Below, piece by piece: positions 1-10,903 of a stretch of 64,000 nt of DNA; the first letter of the stretch is position 1, and every line of letters begins with the position of its first letter. This stretch comes from Eledone cirrhosa. Lineage: Eukaryota. The translations under genes were made by a program, and so were the position numbers. The stretch spans positions 432,884,001-432,948,000 of the forward strand of contig OZ024740.1 of NCBI GenBank assembly GCA_964016885.1, written 5' to 3'. The notes under the pieces were generated by a model. The model was not told the DNA's origin. It was given only the letters and a program-made list of their open reading frames with translations, and ran no database searches.

Positions 1-3000
1 AGTAAGAATGGAGACTTGATATGTGACAGAACCATACAATCAGTAAGAATGGAGACTTGATATGTGACAGAACCACAGAAGCAGTAAGAATGGAGACTTG
101 ATATGTGACAGAACCATGCAATCATTAAGAATGGAGACTTGATATGTGACAGAACCACAGAAGCAGTAAAAATGGAGACTTGATATGTGACAGAACCACA
201 GAAGCAGTAAGAATGGAGACTTGATATGTGACAGAACCACAGAAGCACTAAGAATGGAGACTTGATATGTGACAGAACCACAGAAGCACTAAGAATGGAG
301 ACTTGATATGTGACAGAACCACAGAAGCAGTAAGAATGGAGACTTGATATGTGACAGAACCACAGAATCAGTAATAATGGAGACTTGGTATGTGACAGAA
401 CCACAGAAGCAGTAAGAATGGAGACTTGATATGTGACAGAACCACAGAATCAGTAAAAATGGAGACTTGATATGTGACAGAACCACATAAGCAGTAAGAA
501 TGGAGACTTGATATGTGACAGAACCACAGAATCAGTAAGAATGGAGACTTGATATGTGACAGAACCACAGAAGCAGTAAGATTGGAGACTTGATATGTGA
601 CAGAACCACAGAATCAGTAAGAATGGAGACTTGATATGTAACGGAACCACAGAAGCAGTAAGAATGGAGACTTGGTATGTGACAGAACCACAGAAGCAGT
701 AAGAATGGAGACTTGATATGTGACAGAACCACAGAATCAGTAAGAATGGAGACTTGATATGTGACAGAACCACATAAGCAGTAAGAATGGAGACTTGATA
801 TGTGACAGAACCACAGAAGCAGTAAGAATGGAGACTTGGTATGTGACAGAACCACAGAAGCAGTAAGAATGGAGACTTGATATGTGACAGAACCACAGAA
901 TCAGTAAAAATGGAGACTTGATATGTGACAGAACCACATAAGCAGTAAGAATGGAGACTTGATATGTGACAGAACCACACAATCAGTAAGAATGGAGACT
1001 TAATATACGACAGAACCACAGAAGCAGTAAGAATGGAGACTTGATATGTGACAGAACCACAGAAGCAGTAAGAATGGAGACTTGATATGTGACAGAACGA
1101 CAGAAGCAGTAAGAATGGAGACTTGATATGTGACAGAACCACAGAAGCACTAAGAATGGAGACTTGATATGTGACAGAACCACAGAAGCAGTAAGAATGG
1201 AGACTTGATATGTGACAGAACTACAGAAGCAGTAAGAATGGAGACTTGATATGTGACAGAACCACAGAAGCAGTAAGAATGGAGACTTGATATGTGACAG
1301 AACCACAGAAGCAGCAAGAATGGAGACTTGATATGTAACAGAACCACACAATCAGTAAGAATGGAGACTTGATATGTAACAGAACCACAGAAGCAGTAAG
1401 AATGGAGACTTGATATGTGACAGAACGACAGAAGCAGTAAGAATGGAGACTTGATATGTGACAGAACCACAGAAGCAGTAAGAATGGAGACTTGATATGT
1501 GACAGAACCACAGAAGCAGTAAGAATGGAGACTTGATATGTGACAGAACCACAGAAGCAGTAAGAATGGAGACTTGATATGTGACAGAACCACACATTCA
1601 GTAAGAATGGAGACTTGATATGTGACAGAACCACAGAATCAGTAAGAATGGAGACTTGATATGTGACGGAACCACAGAAGCACTAAGAATGGAGACTTGA
1701 TATGGGACAGAACCACAGAAGCAGTAAGAATGGAGACTTGATATGTGACAGAACCACACAATCAGTAAGAATGGAGACTTGATATGTGACAGAACCACAG
1801 AATCAGTAAGAATGGAGACTTGATATGTGACAGAACCACAGAAGCACTAAGAATGGAGACTTGATATGTGACAGAACCACAGAATCAGTAAGAATGGAGA
1901 CTTGATATGTGACAGAACCACAGAAGCAGTAAGAATGGAGACTTGATATGTGACAGAACCATACAATCAGTAAGAATGGAGACTTGATATGTGACAGAAC
2001 CACAGAAGCAGTAAGAATGGAGACTTGATATGTGACAGAACCACAGAATCAGTAAGAATGGAGACTTGATATGTGACAGAACCACAGAAGCAGTAAGAAT
2101 GGAGACTTGATATGTGACAGAACCATACAATCAGTAAGAATGGAGACTTGATATGTAACAGAACTACAGAAGCAGTAAGAATGGAGACTTGATATGTGAC
2201 AGAACTACAGAAGCAGTAAGAATGGAGACTTGATATGTGACAGAACCACAGAAGCAGTAAGAATGGAGACTTGATATGTGACAGAACCACAGAAGCAGTA
2301 AGAATGGAGACTTGATATGTGACAGAACCACAGAAGCAGTAAGAATGGAGACTTGATATGTGACAGAACCACAGAAGCAGTAAGAATGGAGACTTGATAT
2401 GTGACAGAACTACAGAAGCAGTAAGAATGGAGACTTGATATGTGACAGAACCACCGAAGCAGTAAGAATGGAGACTTGATATGTGACAGAACCACACAAT
2501 CAGTAAGAATGGAGACTTGATATGTGACAGAACCACAGAAGCAGTAAGAATGGAGACTTGATATGTGACAGAACCACAGAAGCAGTAAGAATGTAGACTT
2601 GATATGTAACAGAACTACAGAAGCAGTAAGAATGGAGACTTGATATGTGACAGAACTACAGAAGCAGTAAGAATGGAGACTTGATATGTGACAGAAACAC
2701 AGAAGCAGTAAGAATGGAGACTTGATATGTGACAGAACCACACAATCAGTAAGAATGGAGACTTGATATGTGACAGAACCACAGAAGCAGTAAGAATGGA
2801 GACTTGATATGTGACAGAACCACAGAAGCAGTAAGAATGGAGACTTGATATGTGACAGAACCACAGAATCAGTAAGAATGGAGACTTGATATGGGACAGA
2901 ACCACAGAAGCAGTAAGAATGGAGACTTGATATGTGACAGAACCACACAATCAGTAAGAATGGAGACTTGATATGTGACAGAACCACAGAAGCACTAAGA

Positions 3001-6000
3001 ATGGAGACTTGATATGTGACAGAACCACAGAAGCAGTAAGAATGGAGACTTGATATGTGACAGAACCACAGAATCAGTAAGAATGGAGACTTGATATGTA
3101 ACAGAACCACACAATCAGTAAGAATGGAGACTTGATATGTAACAGAACCACACAATCAGTAAGAATGGAGACTTGATATGTGACAGAACCACAGAATCAG
3201 TAAGAATGGAGACTTGATATGTAACAGAACCACACAATCAGTAAGAATGGAGACTTGATATGTAACAGAACCACACAATCAGTAAGAATGGAGACTTGAT
3301 ATGTGACAGAACCACAGAATCAGTAAGAATGGAGACTTGATATGTGACAGAACTACAGAAGCAGTAAGAATGGAGACTTGATATGTGACAGAACCACAGA
3401 AGCAGTAAGAATGGAGACTTGATATGTGACAGAACTACAGAAGCAGTAAGAATGGAGACTTGATATGTGACAGAACCACACAATCAGTAAGAATGGAGAC
3501 TTGATATGTAACAGAACCACAGAATCAGTAAGAATGGAGACTTGATATGTGACAGAACCACAGAATCAGTAAGAATGGAGACTTGATATGTGACAGAACT
3601 ACAGAAGCAGTAAGAATGGAGACTTGATATGTGACAGAACCACAGAAGCAGTAAGAATGGAGACTTGATATGTGACAGAACTACAGAAGCAGTAAGAATG
3701 GAGACTTCATATGTGACAGAACCACAGAAGCAGTAAGAATGGAGACTTGATATGTGACAGAAACACACAATCAGTAAGAATGGAGACTTGATATGTGACA
3801 GAACCACACAATCAGTAAGAATGGAGACTTGATATGGGACAGAACAACAGAAGCAGTAAGAATGGAGACTTGATATGTGACAGAACCACACAATCAGTAA
3901 GAATGGAGACTTGATATGTGACAGAACCACACAATCAGTAAGAATGGAGACTTGATATGTGACAGAACCACAGAATCAGTAAGAATGGAGACTTGATATG
4001 TGACAGAACTACAGAAGCAGTAAGAATGGAGACTTGATATGTGACAGAACCACAGAAGCAGTAAGAATGGAGACTTGATATGTGACAGAACCACAGAAGC
4101 AGTAAGAATGGAGACTTGATATGTGACAGAACCACAGAATCAGTAAGAATGGAGACTTGATATGTGACAGAACCACACAAGCAGTAAGAATGGAGACTTG
4201 ATATGTGACAGAACCACAGAAGCAGTAAGAATGGAGACTTGATATGTGACAGAACCACACAATCAGTAAGAATGGAGACTTGATATGTGACAGAACCACA
4301 GAATCAGTAAGAATGGAGACTTGATATGTGACAGAACTACAGAAGCAGTAAGAATGGAGACTTGATATGTGACAGAACCACAGAAGCAGTAAGAATGGAG
4401 ACTTGATATGTGACAGAACCACAGAAGCAGTAAAAATGGAGACTTGATATGTGACAGAACCACAGAATCAGTAAGAATGGAGACTTGATATGTGACAGAA
4501 CCACAGAAGCAGTAAGAATGGAGACTTGATATGTGACAGAACCACAGAATCAGTAAGAATGGAGACTTGGTATGTGACAGAACCACAGAAGCAGTAAGAA
4601 TGGAGACTTGATATGTGACAGAACCACAGAAGCAGTAGGAATGGAGACTTGATATGTGACAGAACCACAGAAGCAGTAAGAATGGAGACTTGATATGTGA
4701 CAGAACCACAGAAGCAGTAAGAATGGAGACTTGGTATGTGACAGAACCACAGAAGCAGTAAGAATGGAGACTTGATATGTGACAGAACCACAGAAGCAGT
4801 AGGAATGGAGACTTGATATGTGACAGAACCACAGAAGCAGTAAGAATGGAGACTTGATATGTGACAGAACCACAGAAGCAGTAAGAATGGAGACTTGATA
4901 TGTGACAGAACCACACAATCAGTAAGAATGGAGACTTGGTATGTGACAGAACCACAGAAGCAGTAGGAATGGAGACTTGATATGTGACAGAACCACAGAA
5001 GCAGTAAGAATGGAGACTTGATATGTGACAGAACCACAGAAGCAGTAAGAATGGAGACTTGATATGTGACAGAACCACAGAAGCAGTAAGAATGGAGACT
5101 TGATATGTGACAGAACCACAGAAGCAGTAAGAATGGAGACTTGATATGTGACAGAACCACACAATCAGTAAGAATGGAGACTTGATATGTGACAGAACCA
5201 CAGAAGCAGTAGGAATGGAGACTTGATATGTGACAGAACCACAGAAGCAGTAAGAATGGAGACTTGATATGTGACAGAACCACAGAAGCAGTAAGAATGG
5301 AGACTTGATATGTGACAGAACCACAGAAGCAGTAAGAATGGAGACTTGATATGTGACAGAACCACAGAAGCAGTAAGAATGGAGACTTGATATGTGACAG
5401 AACCACAGAAGCAGTAAGAATGGAGACTTGATATGTGACAGAACCACAGAAGCAGTAAGAATGGAGACTTGATATGTGACAGAACCACACAATCAGTAAG
5501 AATGGAGACTTGATATGTGACAGAACCACAGAAGCAGTAAGAATGGAGACTTGATATGTGACAGAACCACACAATCAGTAAGAATGGAGACTTAATATGT
5601 GACAGAACCACAGAAGCAGTAAGAATGGAGACTTGGTATGTGACAGAACCACAGAAGCAGTAAGAATGGAGACTTGATATGGAACAGAACCACACAATCA
5701 GTAAGAATGGAGACTTGATATGTGACAGAACCACAGAAGCAGTAAGAATGGAGACTTGATATGTGACAGAACCACACAATCAGTAAAAATGGAGACTTGA
5801 TATGTGACAGAACCACAGAAGCACTAAAAATGGAGACTTGATATGTGACAGAACCACAGAAGCAGTAAGAATGGAGACTTGATATGTGACAGAACCACAG
5901 AAGCAGTAAGAATGGAGACTTAATATGTGACAGAACCACAGAAGCAGTAAGAATGGAGACTTGATATGTGACAGAACCACACAATCAGTAAGAATGGAGA

Positions 6001-6028
6001 CTTCATATGTGGCAGAACCTCAGAAGCA
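1..6028. repeat. 41-bp satellite array, about 147 copies, consensus AGTAAGAATGGAGACTTGATATGTGACAGAACCACAGAAGC; open at the window start
   Basis: Exact 41-bp periodicity read directly, with head-to-tail monomers. Variation is concentrated at the monomer end (GAAGC/GAATC/CAATC) and no indels were noticed. Confidence 0.98.
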
Positions 6029-6392
6029 TGCCAGCAAATGCTCAGTTGGCTCCTAAGAAATAGTAATTCTGCTACTTAGGAGACCTAATAGTAAAAGTGG
6101 AGGTTCTGAAAGTACAGTAGCCAGGGTTGGAAAACGTTCAGGAAGTTGCTTCCTCCTTTGGCTACAAATGGGTTCTCTCTGCACTGAATCAAGTCTTGGA
6201 TTTTGAGCATGGAGGATTCAGAAGGAAATGGTGCAAATATGTTCTGATGGATGTGAAATAATAGTGTGCATGAACGACAAAGCATGGGTTGAAAGAAGAG
6301 GGATTGGATGTAGTTTTTAAGAATAAGCCGTGTTATTATGACCATAGGATGGATATGAAGGAAGAGAGGTACATAAAGAAGTACAGGACACA
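6029..6392 (+). mobile_element. Decayed RTE-clade LINE ORF2 fragment (region after the RT domain)
   Basis: Frameshifted translation gives KCSVGS*EIV..FCYLGDLI..SGGSESTVAR..GWKTFRKLLPPLATNGFSLH..RMDMKEERYIKKYR. This is collinear with the better-preserved copy at 9386-9970 (GGGCSKAIVSRIRTGWKKFRELLPLLTKVFSLH...MRMEDDRWVKKC). Confidence 0.8.
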
Positions 6393-6394
6393 TT

Positions 6395-7222
6395 CTTCTT
6401 CTCCAGTCTTAAGTTTCTGTGGATCTCTAGATTATATTCTAAAGACACCAATCTTTCTCTAATCTGTATTTGGTGGTGTGTCATTTCCCAGGGAAAGCAT
6501 TTATGACCATCCACCTTTTTGTATTTTCTAGTGAAAATAAAGTCAATCTGGCTCGTGCATTTGCCTAATTTAGTGGTTCTCAAAGTTGGTTCCACAAAGA
6601 AGTGTCTGGGCTTCTGTGAAAAAAGGTAAAGGAGTATATTTATATTACAACTATATAACAATATTAGACTTTGGGGTCCCCCTAAAAGTTTCAGAACCAA
6701 AAAGGGTTCCCCATTTGAAAAAGTTTGGGAAACCCTGGCCTAATTAGGCGAGCAAGGCTGGCAGGCTGGTTTCCTGAAGTTTGTGTTACTAGGATTGTCA
6801 AGTCATTTGCATCATAGAACTCTAAGGAACCTTGATTCCTTTTCATTTCTCAGCACAACTTCTTAATCTCTATACACACTGTGGAATCCGATGTCACCAA
6901 ACATGTCCACTAAAGTGACCAACCAAGATAATGGTATCAATGTCATGCATCATCAACGGGGTCTACAAAAGGACTTCATAGAGGTGCTCCTTCTGTTTAT
7001 CTGTAAGTCTAACTTGTGGTACACAGAAAGTATTAGTAGCATCCAGGACTCAGTTGAATTATTCTGTCACATACTGACTGCCTTCATTACCTTATCTACC
7101 TGTTTCGACTTTACCTACACCATCACTTCTGCCAACCCAGAAGAAATTATACCTATGTTCCTTACCAATCGAGGTTCCTCTCCTTCTCGCACACAACTCA
7201 CATCTACACCCTTCCTCTCATG
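6395..7222 (-). mobile_element. Decayed RTE LINE AP-endonuclease domain fragment, interrupted by a MITE
   Basis: Minus-strand remnants read ERKGVDVSCVRE, GKEHRYNFFWVG, VDKVM..CDRI, GHFSGHV (GDFNGHVG motif), EFYDANDLTI..NTNFRKPA and GKCTSQIDFIFTRK. This is the APE motif order. Confidence 0.8.
6571..6737. mobile_element. 167-bp hAT (Charlie-like) MITE
   Basis: Exact 8-bp target duplication GCCTAATT at 6563-6570 and 6738-6745. Imperfect TIRs TAGTGGTTCTCAAAGT and CAGGGTTTCCCAAACT match at 11 of 16 positions. Removing the element restores LINE endonuclease continuity. Confidence 0.8.
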
Positions 7223-7227
7223 TGCAT

Positions 7228-7726
7228 ATCATCATCATTGTTTAACATCCATCTTCCACACTTGCATGGGTTTGGACGGGAATTTTCCCACTTGAGGCAA
7301 GATTGGTTGTCTTGCTCGTATAGGACTGTCTGGCGGGTTTTCTAGTTGGATGCCCTTCCTAACACCAACCACGTTTACAGTGTGGACTGCGAGGTTTTTA
7401 CCGTGTTACCCACACGGCCACATTACAGCGTGGACTGTGTTTTTTTTGTCATCACACCTACACGACCTCATTTATTTCGGACTGGATGTTGTGGTACCAA
7501 CATAACTTTACATCGAAAGGGGTGGTGTGGATGGGGTGGGGGTAGTGGGACGGGGGGTGTATTTTGGTAAGAGGTTCCTACTGACTGTAGGTTTCGCTTT
7601 GCACTTAGGCAAGGCAGGTCTTCTGTATTACTGCGTAGCGCCAAAGATCTCGGTCCAGTGACATTGTCTTGGAGAGGTGTAAGTGTGTGAGGTCGGAATT
7701 TATCAAGTCGTCCCAGGTTTTTCTGG
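7228..7726 (-). mobile_element. 5'-truncated RTE LINE 3' end (ORF2 C-terminus, 3'UTR, GAT tail)
   Basis: Encodes RKTWDDLINSDLTHLHLSKTMSLDRDLWRYAVIQKT. It is a reverse-complement near-copy of 11003-11519 and ends in (GAT)n. Confidence 0.9.
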
Positions 7727-7759
7727 GTATATATATAAATAAATAACGAAGGAAGTGTG

Positions 7760-7820
7760 GTAAGGAACCAGGTGGACCATAATGCACCAGAGTACTCAAT
7801 ACTTTGGGTAGTAGAGTGGG
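7760..7820. repeat. Short dispersed repeat with an inverted copy at about 14322-14376
   Basis: The reverse complement CACTCTACTACCCAAAGTATTGAGTACTCTGGTG resembles TACTCTACTGCCCCAAGTAACGAGTACTCTGGTG at about 14323. Both copies lie next to TA-rich microsatellite. Confidence 0.55.
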
Positions 7821-7940
7821 TAATAGGAAGAGAGTCAGGACTCTTTCCCTATATATAAATAAATATAAATGTGCATACACATATACACATATATGTGTAT
7901 AAATGTATACATGTGTGTGTTTATATATATGTGTGTGTGT

Positions 7941-8200
7941 GTATTCAACAACCTGGAAAAAGCCTTTGATAACCCCACATTCTGGTGGCTATTTAGGAAG
8001 TTAGAGCTAGATGAATGGCTTGTGAGGACTGTACATGCCATGTGCAGTGATACATTCAGCAAGGTGAGGGTACAGCGATAAATTTAGTGAGTTCACCAAG
8101 GCTTAGCTCTCAACTCCCTCCCGTTTATTCTAGACCTTCAGGGCATAACAGAGGAATTTAAGGTTGGCTGTCTATAGGAACTTCTGTATCCGTAGCAGAA
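7941..8200 (+). mobile_element. Decayed RTE LINE reverse-transcriptase fragment
   Basis: FNNLEKAFD..WWLFRKLELDEWLVRTVHAM..SKVRV, followed by VHQGLALNSLPFILDLQGITEEFKVGCL*ELLY. These correspond to the DLEKAFD, QGSxLSP and LLYADD RT motifs. Confidence 0.85.
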
Positions 8201-8258
8201 ATCACAAAATAATTAAAGTTCCAGACTTGATCACATCTTAAAACAACCATAGCAAGAC

Positions 8259-8624
8259 CTGTGGATTGGCAGTATCGGTAGAGGGTCGGACACCATGCTA
8301 GGGCTGTGGATTGGCAGTATCGGTAGAGGGTCGGACACCATGCTAGAGCTGTGGATTGGCAGTATCGGTAGAGGGTCGGACACCATGTTAGGGCTGTGGA
8401 TTGGCAGTATCGGTAGAGGGTCGGACACCATGTTAGGGTGGTGGATTGGCAGTATCGGTAGAGGGTCGGACACCATGCTTTGACACAGAGTTACAGCTCT
8501 TGCCATGCTGAGTTCAAATCCCGCCGAAGTTAACTTTGCCTTTCATTCTTACGGGGTCGACAAAAATAAAGTACCAGTAATGCACTGATTAATTGCTGGC
8601 CTTGTGCCAAAGTAGAAACAATTA
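8259..8624 (+). mobile_element. tRNA-derived SINE (family A) whose 45-bp head is repeated five times
   Basis: Five 45-bp units CTGTGGATTGGCAGTATCGGTAGAGGGTCGGACACCATGCTAGGG span 8259-8479. A B-box-like GAGTTCAAATCCC and the body follow, matching inverted copies at 10463-10650 and 10653-10853. Confidence 0.8.
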
Positions 8625-8638
8625 TACATAAACTTGAA

Positions 8639-9059
8639 GGTGCATGGCTTAGTGGTTAGAGCATTGGGCTTGCAATCGAAAGGTTGTGAGTTCAATTCTC
8701 GGACCGGGTGATGTGTTGTTTCCTTGAGCAAGACACTTTATTTCACATTGCTCCAGTTTACTCAGCTGTAGAAATGAGATGATAGGGACTAGGGCCCATA
8801 TCATTCCACTGCAAAGTGGTCGTGGGGGTGCCACAGCAAAAAAGCACCCAGCCCACACTGTAAAGTGGTCGTGGGGGTGCCACAGCAAAAAAGCACCCAG
8901 CACTCACTGTAAATGAGGTTGGTGTTAGGAAGGGCATCCAGCTGTAGAAATCAAACCAGAATCAGTTCCCGTATGAGCAAGACAAGGTCAGCCAACCGGA
9001 CAACCCGTCTAACCCATGCTAGCGTGGAAGAACGGACATAAAACAGTGATGATGATGAT
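8639..9059 (+). mobile_element. tRNA-derived SINE (family B) with a CORE/V-like central motif and an RTE-type 3' tail
   Basis: A box TGGCTTAGTGG, B box GAGTTCAATTC, central CCTTGAGCAAGACACTT and an internal 49-bp duplication (8807/8856). The tail GGTTGGTGTTAGGAAGGGCATCCA...AACCCATGCTAGCGTGGAAG...(GAT)n is shared with the LINE end at 11370-11519. Confidence 0.85.
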
Positions 9060-9195
9060 ATTGTATGTGACTTTATATATACTGTTATTATGAATAACAC
9101 TATGATAATTTCAGCCAAGTTAATAACACACTATATGCAAATGGACACACCCAGCAGTATATAAGCTGTAGCTTATTCTAATCTCTCTACCAAGT

Positions 9196-9247
9196 CAGCA
9201 AACACCACTGATGATGGTCAAACATCCTGAAATATTAGTGTTTGCTG
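9196..9247 (+). ncRNA. Degenerate minimal type I hammerhead-ribozyme-like motif
   Basis: CTGATGA (9208-9214) and GAAA (9229-9232) followed by TATTA are enclosed by a perfect 10-bp helix CAGCAAACAC/GTGTTTGCTG. Stem II is weak and the helix I junction is imperfect. Confidence 0.35.
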
Positions 9248-9385
9248 CTCTTGCTACTGAGATAGCTGTGATATATGTGTTCATATATATGTGCACTACA
9301 TATATATGTGTGTATGTCTATATGTGTGTGTAGTTTTAAAACAACTGTATATGTGTTCATGTATACATCTATTTACATACACTAT

Positions 9386-9970
9386 ATCATCATCATCATT
9401 TTATGTCCGCTTTTCCCTGCTTGCAAGGGTGGGATGGGTCCTATTCAGCACAGCATCTCTCCACTTGTCACGGTCCTTCGTCATCTCCACCGTGACCTTT
9501 AGGGATCTGAGGTCTGTTCTCACCACCTCCGCCCATGTTTTTTGTGGTCTACCTCTACCACGGCTTCCTTCAACTGGCATTTCCTGGCACTTCTTCACCC
9601 ATCGGTCATCCTCCATGCGCATCACATGTCCATACCACCTCAGTCTACTCTCCCGTACACTACATTCTATCCCTCTCAGACACAGTTTCTCTCTCAACAC
9701 ATTTATGCTGGGTCGTTCACGTACATTGACATTTCACATCCAACGGAGCATGCTTGCCTCATTTCTCTCCAGCCATCGCATATCCTCTGTAGTTGCTGCC
9801 CATGTCTCACTACCATGCAGCATCGCGCTCCTCACACAGGCATCATATAACTGGCCTTTCGTATGCAGGGAGAAAACCTTCGTCAGCAGAGGAAGCAGCT
9901 CCCTAAATTTCTTCCACCCCGTCCTTATTCTAGATACTATGGCCTTGGAACACCCCCCTCCCATGCTAAT
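9386..9970 (-). mobile_element. Young 5'-truncated RTE LINE 3' end with a very short UTR and GAT tail
   Basis: ORFs 9734-9964 and 9401-9700 are in the same frame, separated by one stop: LYDACVRSAMLHGSETWA...RLRWYGHVMRM...GRGRPQKTW. The element ends in (GAT)n. Confidence 0.92.
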
Positions 9971-9976
9971 CTGATC

Positions 9977-10030
9977 AAGCTAGCATGGAAGAATGGACGT
10001 AAAACGGTGATGATGATGATGATGATGATG
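9977..10030 (+). mobile_element. Isolated SINE/RTE 3' tail
   Basis: GCTAGCATGGAAGAATGGACGTAAAACGGT(GAT)n matches 9018-9059. Confidence 0.75.
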
Positions 10031-10162
10031 TATATGTATATGTGTGTGTAGTTTTATAGTCGTAAGTGTCCCTAGAGAGGAGAACATGTACTTGATGTCA
10101 TAGTAGAGTGTAACAATTGTTATGGCTGATCCACATAATGATAACCCTATTTCTAGGTTTAA

Positions 10163-10370
10163 CCCTTTAGCATTTAAACTGGCCATATCCGGCCAGAATT
10201 TCCTCACCTCTTTCTGTTCAAACCGACTGAAACTGGCCACTCATACTGATGTTAAGGTATTGTTCTTAAAATAAATAACATCAAAATCTCATAAATCTGA
10301 TATTATGTGAAGTAAAGCCTTTACTGTGAAAATACAATTGTATATATAGAGTAATGTGAATGGTAAAGGG
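10163..10370. mobile_element. piggyBac-type MITE of about 208 bp
   Basis: Ends read TTAA|CCCTTTAGCATT ... AATGGTAAAGGG|TTCA. This gives a 12-bp TIR with one mismatch, CCC termini and a TTAA-like target duplication. Confidence 0.7.
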
Positions 10371-10462
10371 TTCAACAAGGTTTGCAGTTGTGTTAAATCT
10401 GGTTAATTCCTGATATTTATTGTTGCAAATCAACACAAAGACACTCATTATAAATATATAAT

Positions 10463-10650
10463 AATTATTTCTACTTTTGGCACAAGGCCAGCAATTATCC
10501 CAGTGTATTACTGGTACTTTATTGTATAGACCCCGTAAGGATGAAAGGCAAAGTTAACCTCGGCAGGATTTGAACTCAGAATAGCAAGGGCCGTAACTCT
10601 TTGCTGCAAAGCATGGCGTCCGACCCTCTACCGATACTGCCAATCTACCG
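10463..10650 (-). mobile_element. SINE family A copy with a single head
   Basis: Reverse complement of the 8440-8624 element (ATTGGCAGTATCGGTAGAGGGTCGGAC...GAGTTCAAATCC...CTTGTGCCAAAAGTAGAAA). Confidence 0.85.
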
Positions 10651-10652
10651 AT

Positions 10653-10853
10653 AATGGTTTCTAGTATAGGCACAAGGACAACAATTGTGAGGGGAGAGGA
10701 AAGGCAATTCAACCGACCCCAGTGCATTACTGGTACTTTATTTTATCGACCGTGTAAGGGTGAAAGGCCAAATTAAGCTCAACGGGATTTGAATCAGAAT
10801 GTAAAGGGCTGTGTGCCACAAAACATGTCCGACGCTCTACCGATGTATCAATT
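10653..10853 (-). mobile_element. Older SINE family A copy in tandem with the previous one
   Basis: Shares GGCACAAGG, ACTGGTACTTTATTTTATCGACC, GAAAGGC, GGATTTGAA and GTCCGACGCTCTACCGAT with 10463-10650. Confidence 0.75.
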
Positions 10854-10903
10854 TAGCATTTCATATATTTTATCTACTTGTGATACACCAAATAACTATA
10901 TAT

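Noticed and set aside
40-5984. Many minus-strand ORFs (VLSHIKSPFLLLLWFCH...)
   Set aside because: They are translations of the 41-bp repeat cycling through all three frames, mostly with non-ATG starts.
7060-7075. Match of GTATGTGACAGAA in the LINE endonuclease to the 41-bp monomer, and GTGACA shared between two satellites
   Set aside because: The matches are short with no flanking similarity and are compatible with chance.
6317-7295. 127-aa and 134-aa ORFs as host genes
   Set aside because: Both are explained by the decayed LINE endonuclease and MITE sequence, in sense and antisense.
8639-8710. tRNA gene
   Set aside because: A and B boxes are present, but the sequence continues into a SINE body and tail, with no clean cloverleaf or poly-T terminator.
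9291-9974. 227-aa plus-strand ORF
   Set aside because: It is the antisense frame of the RTE fragment plus microsatellite.
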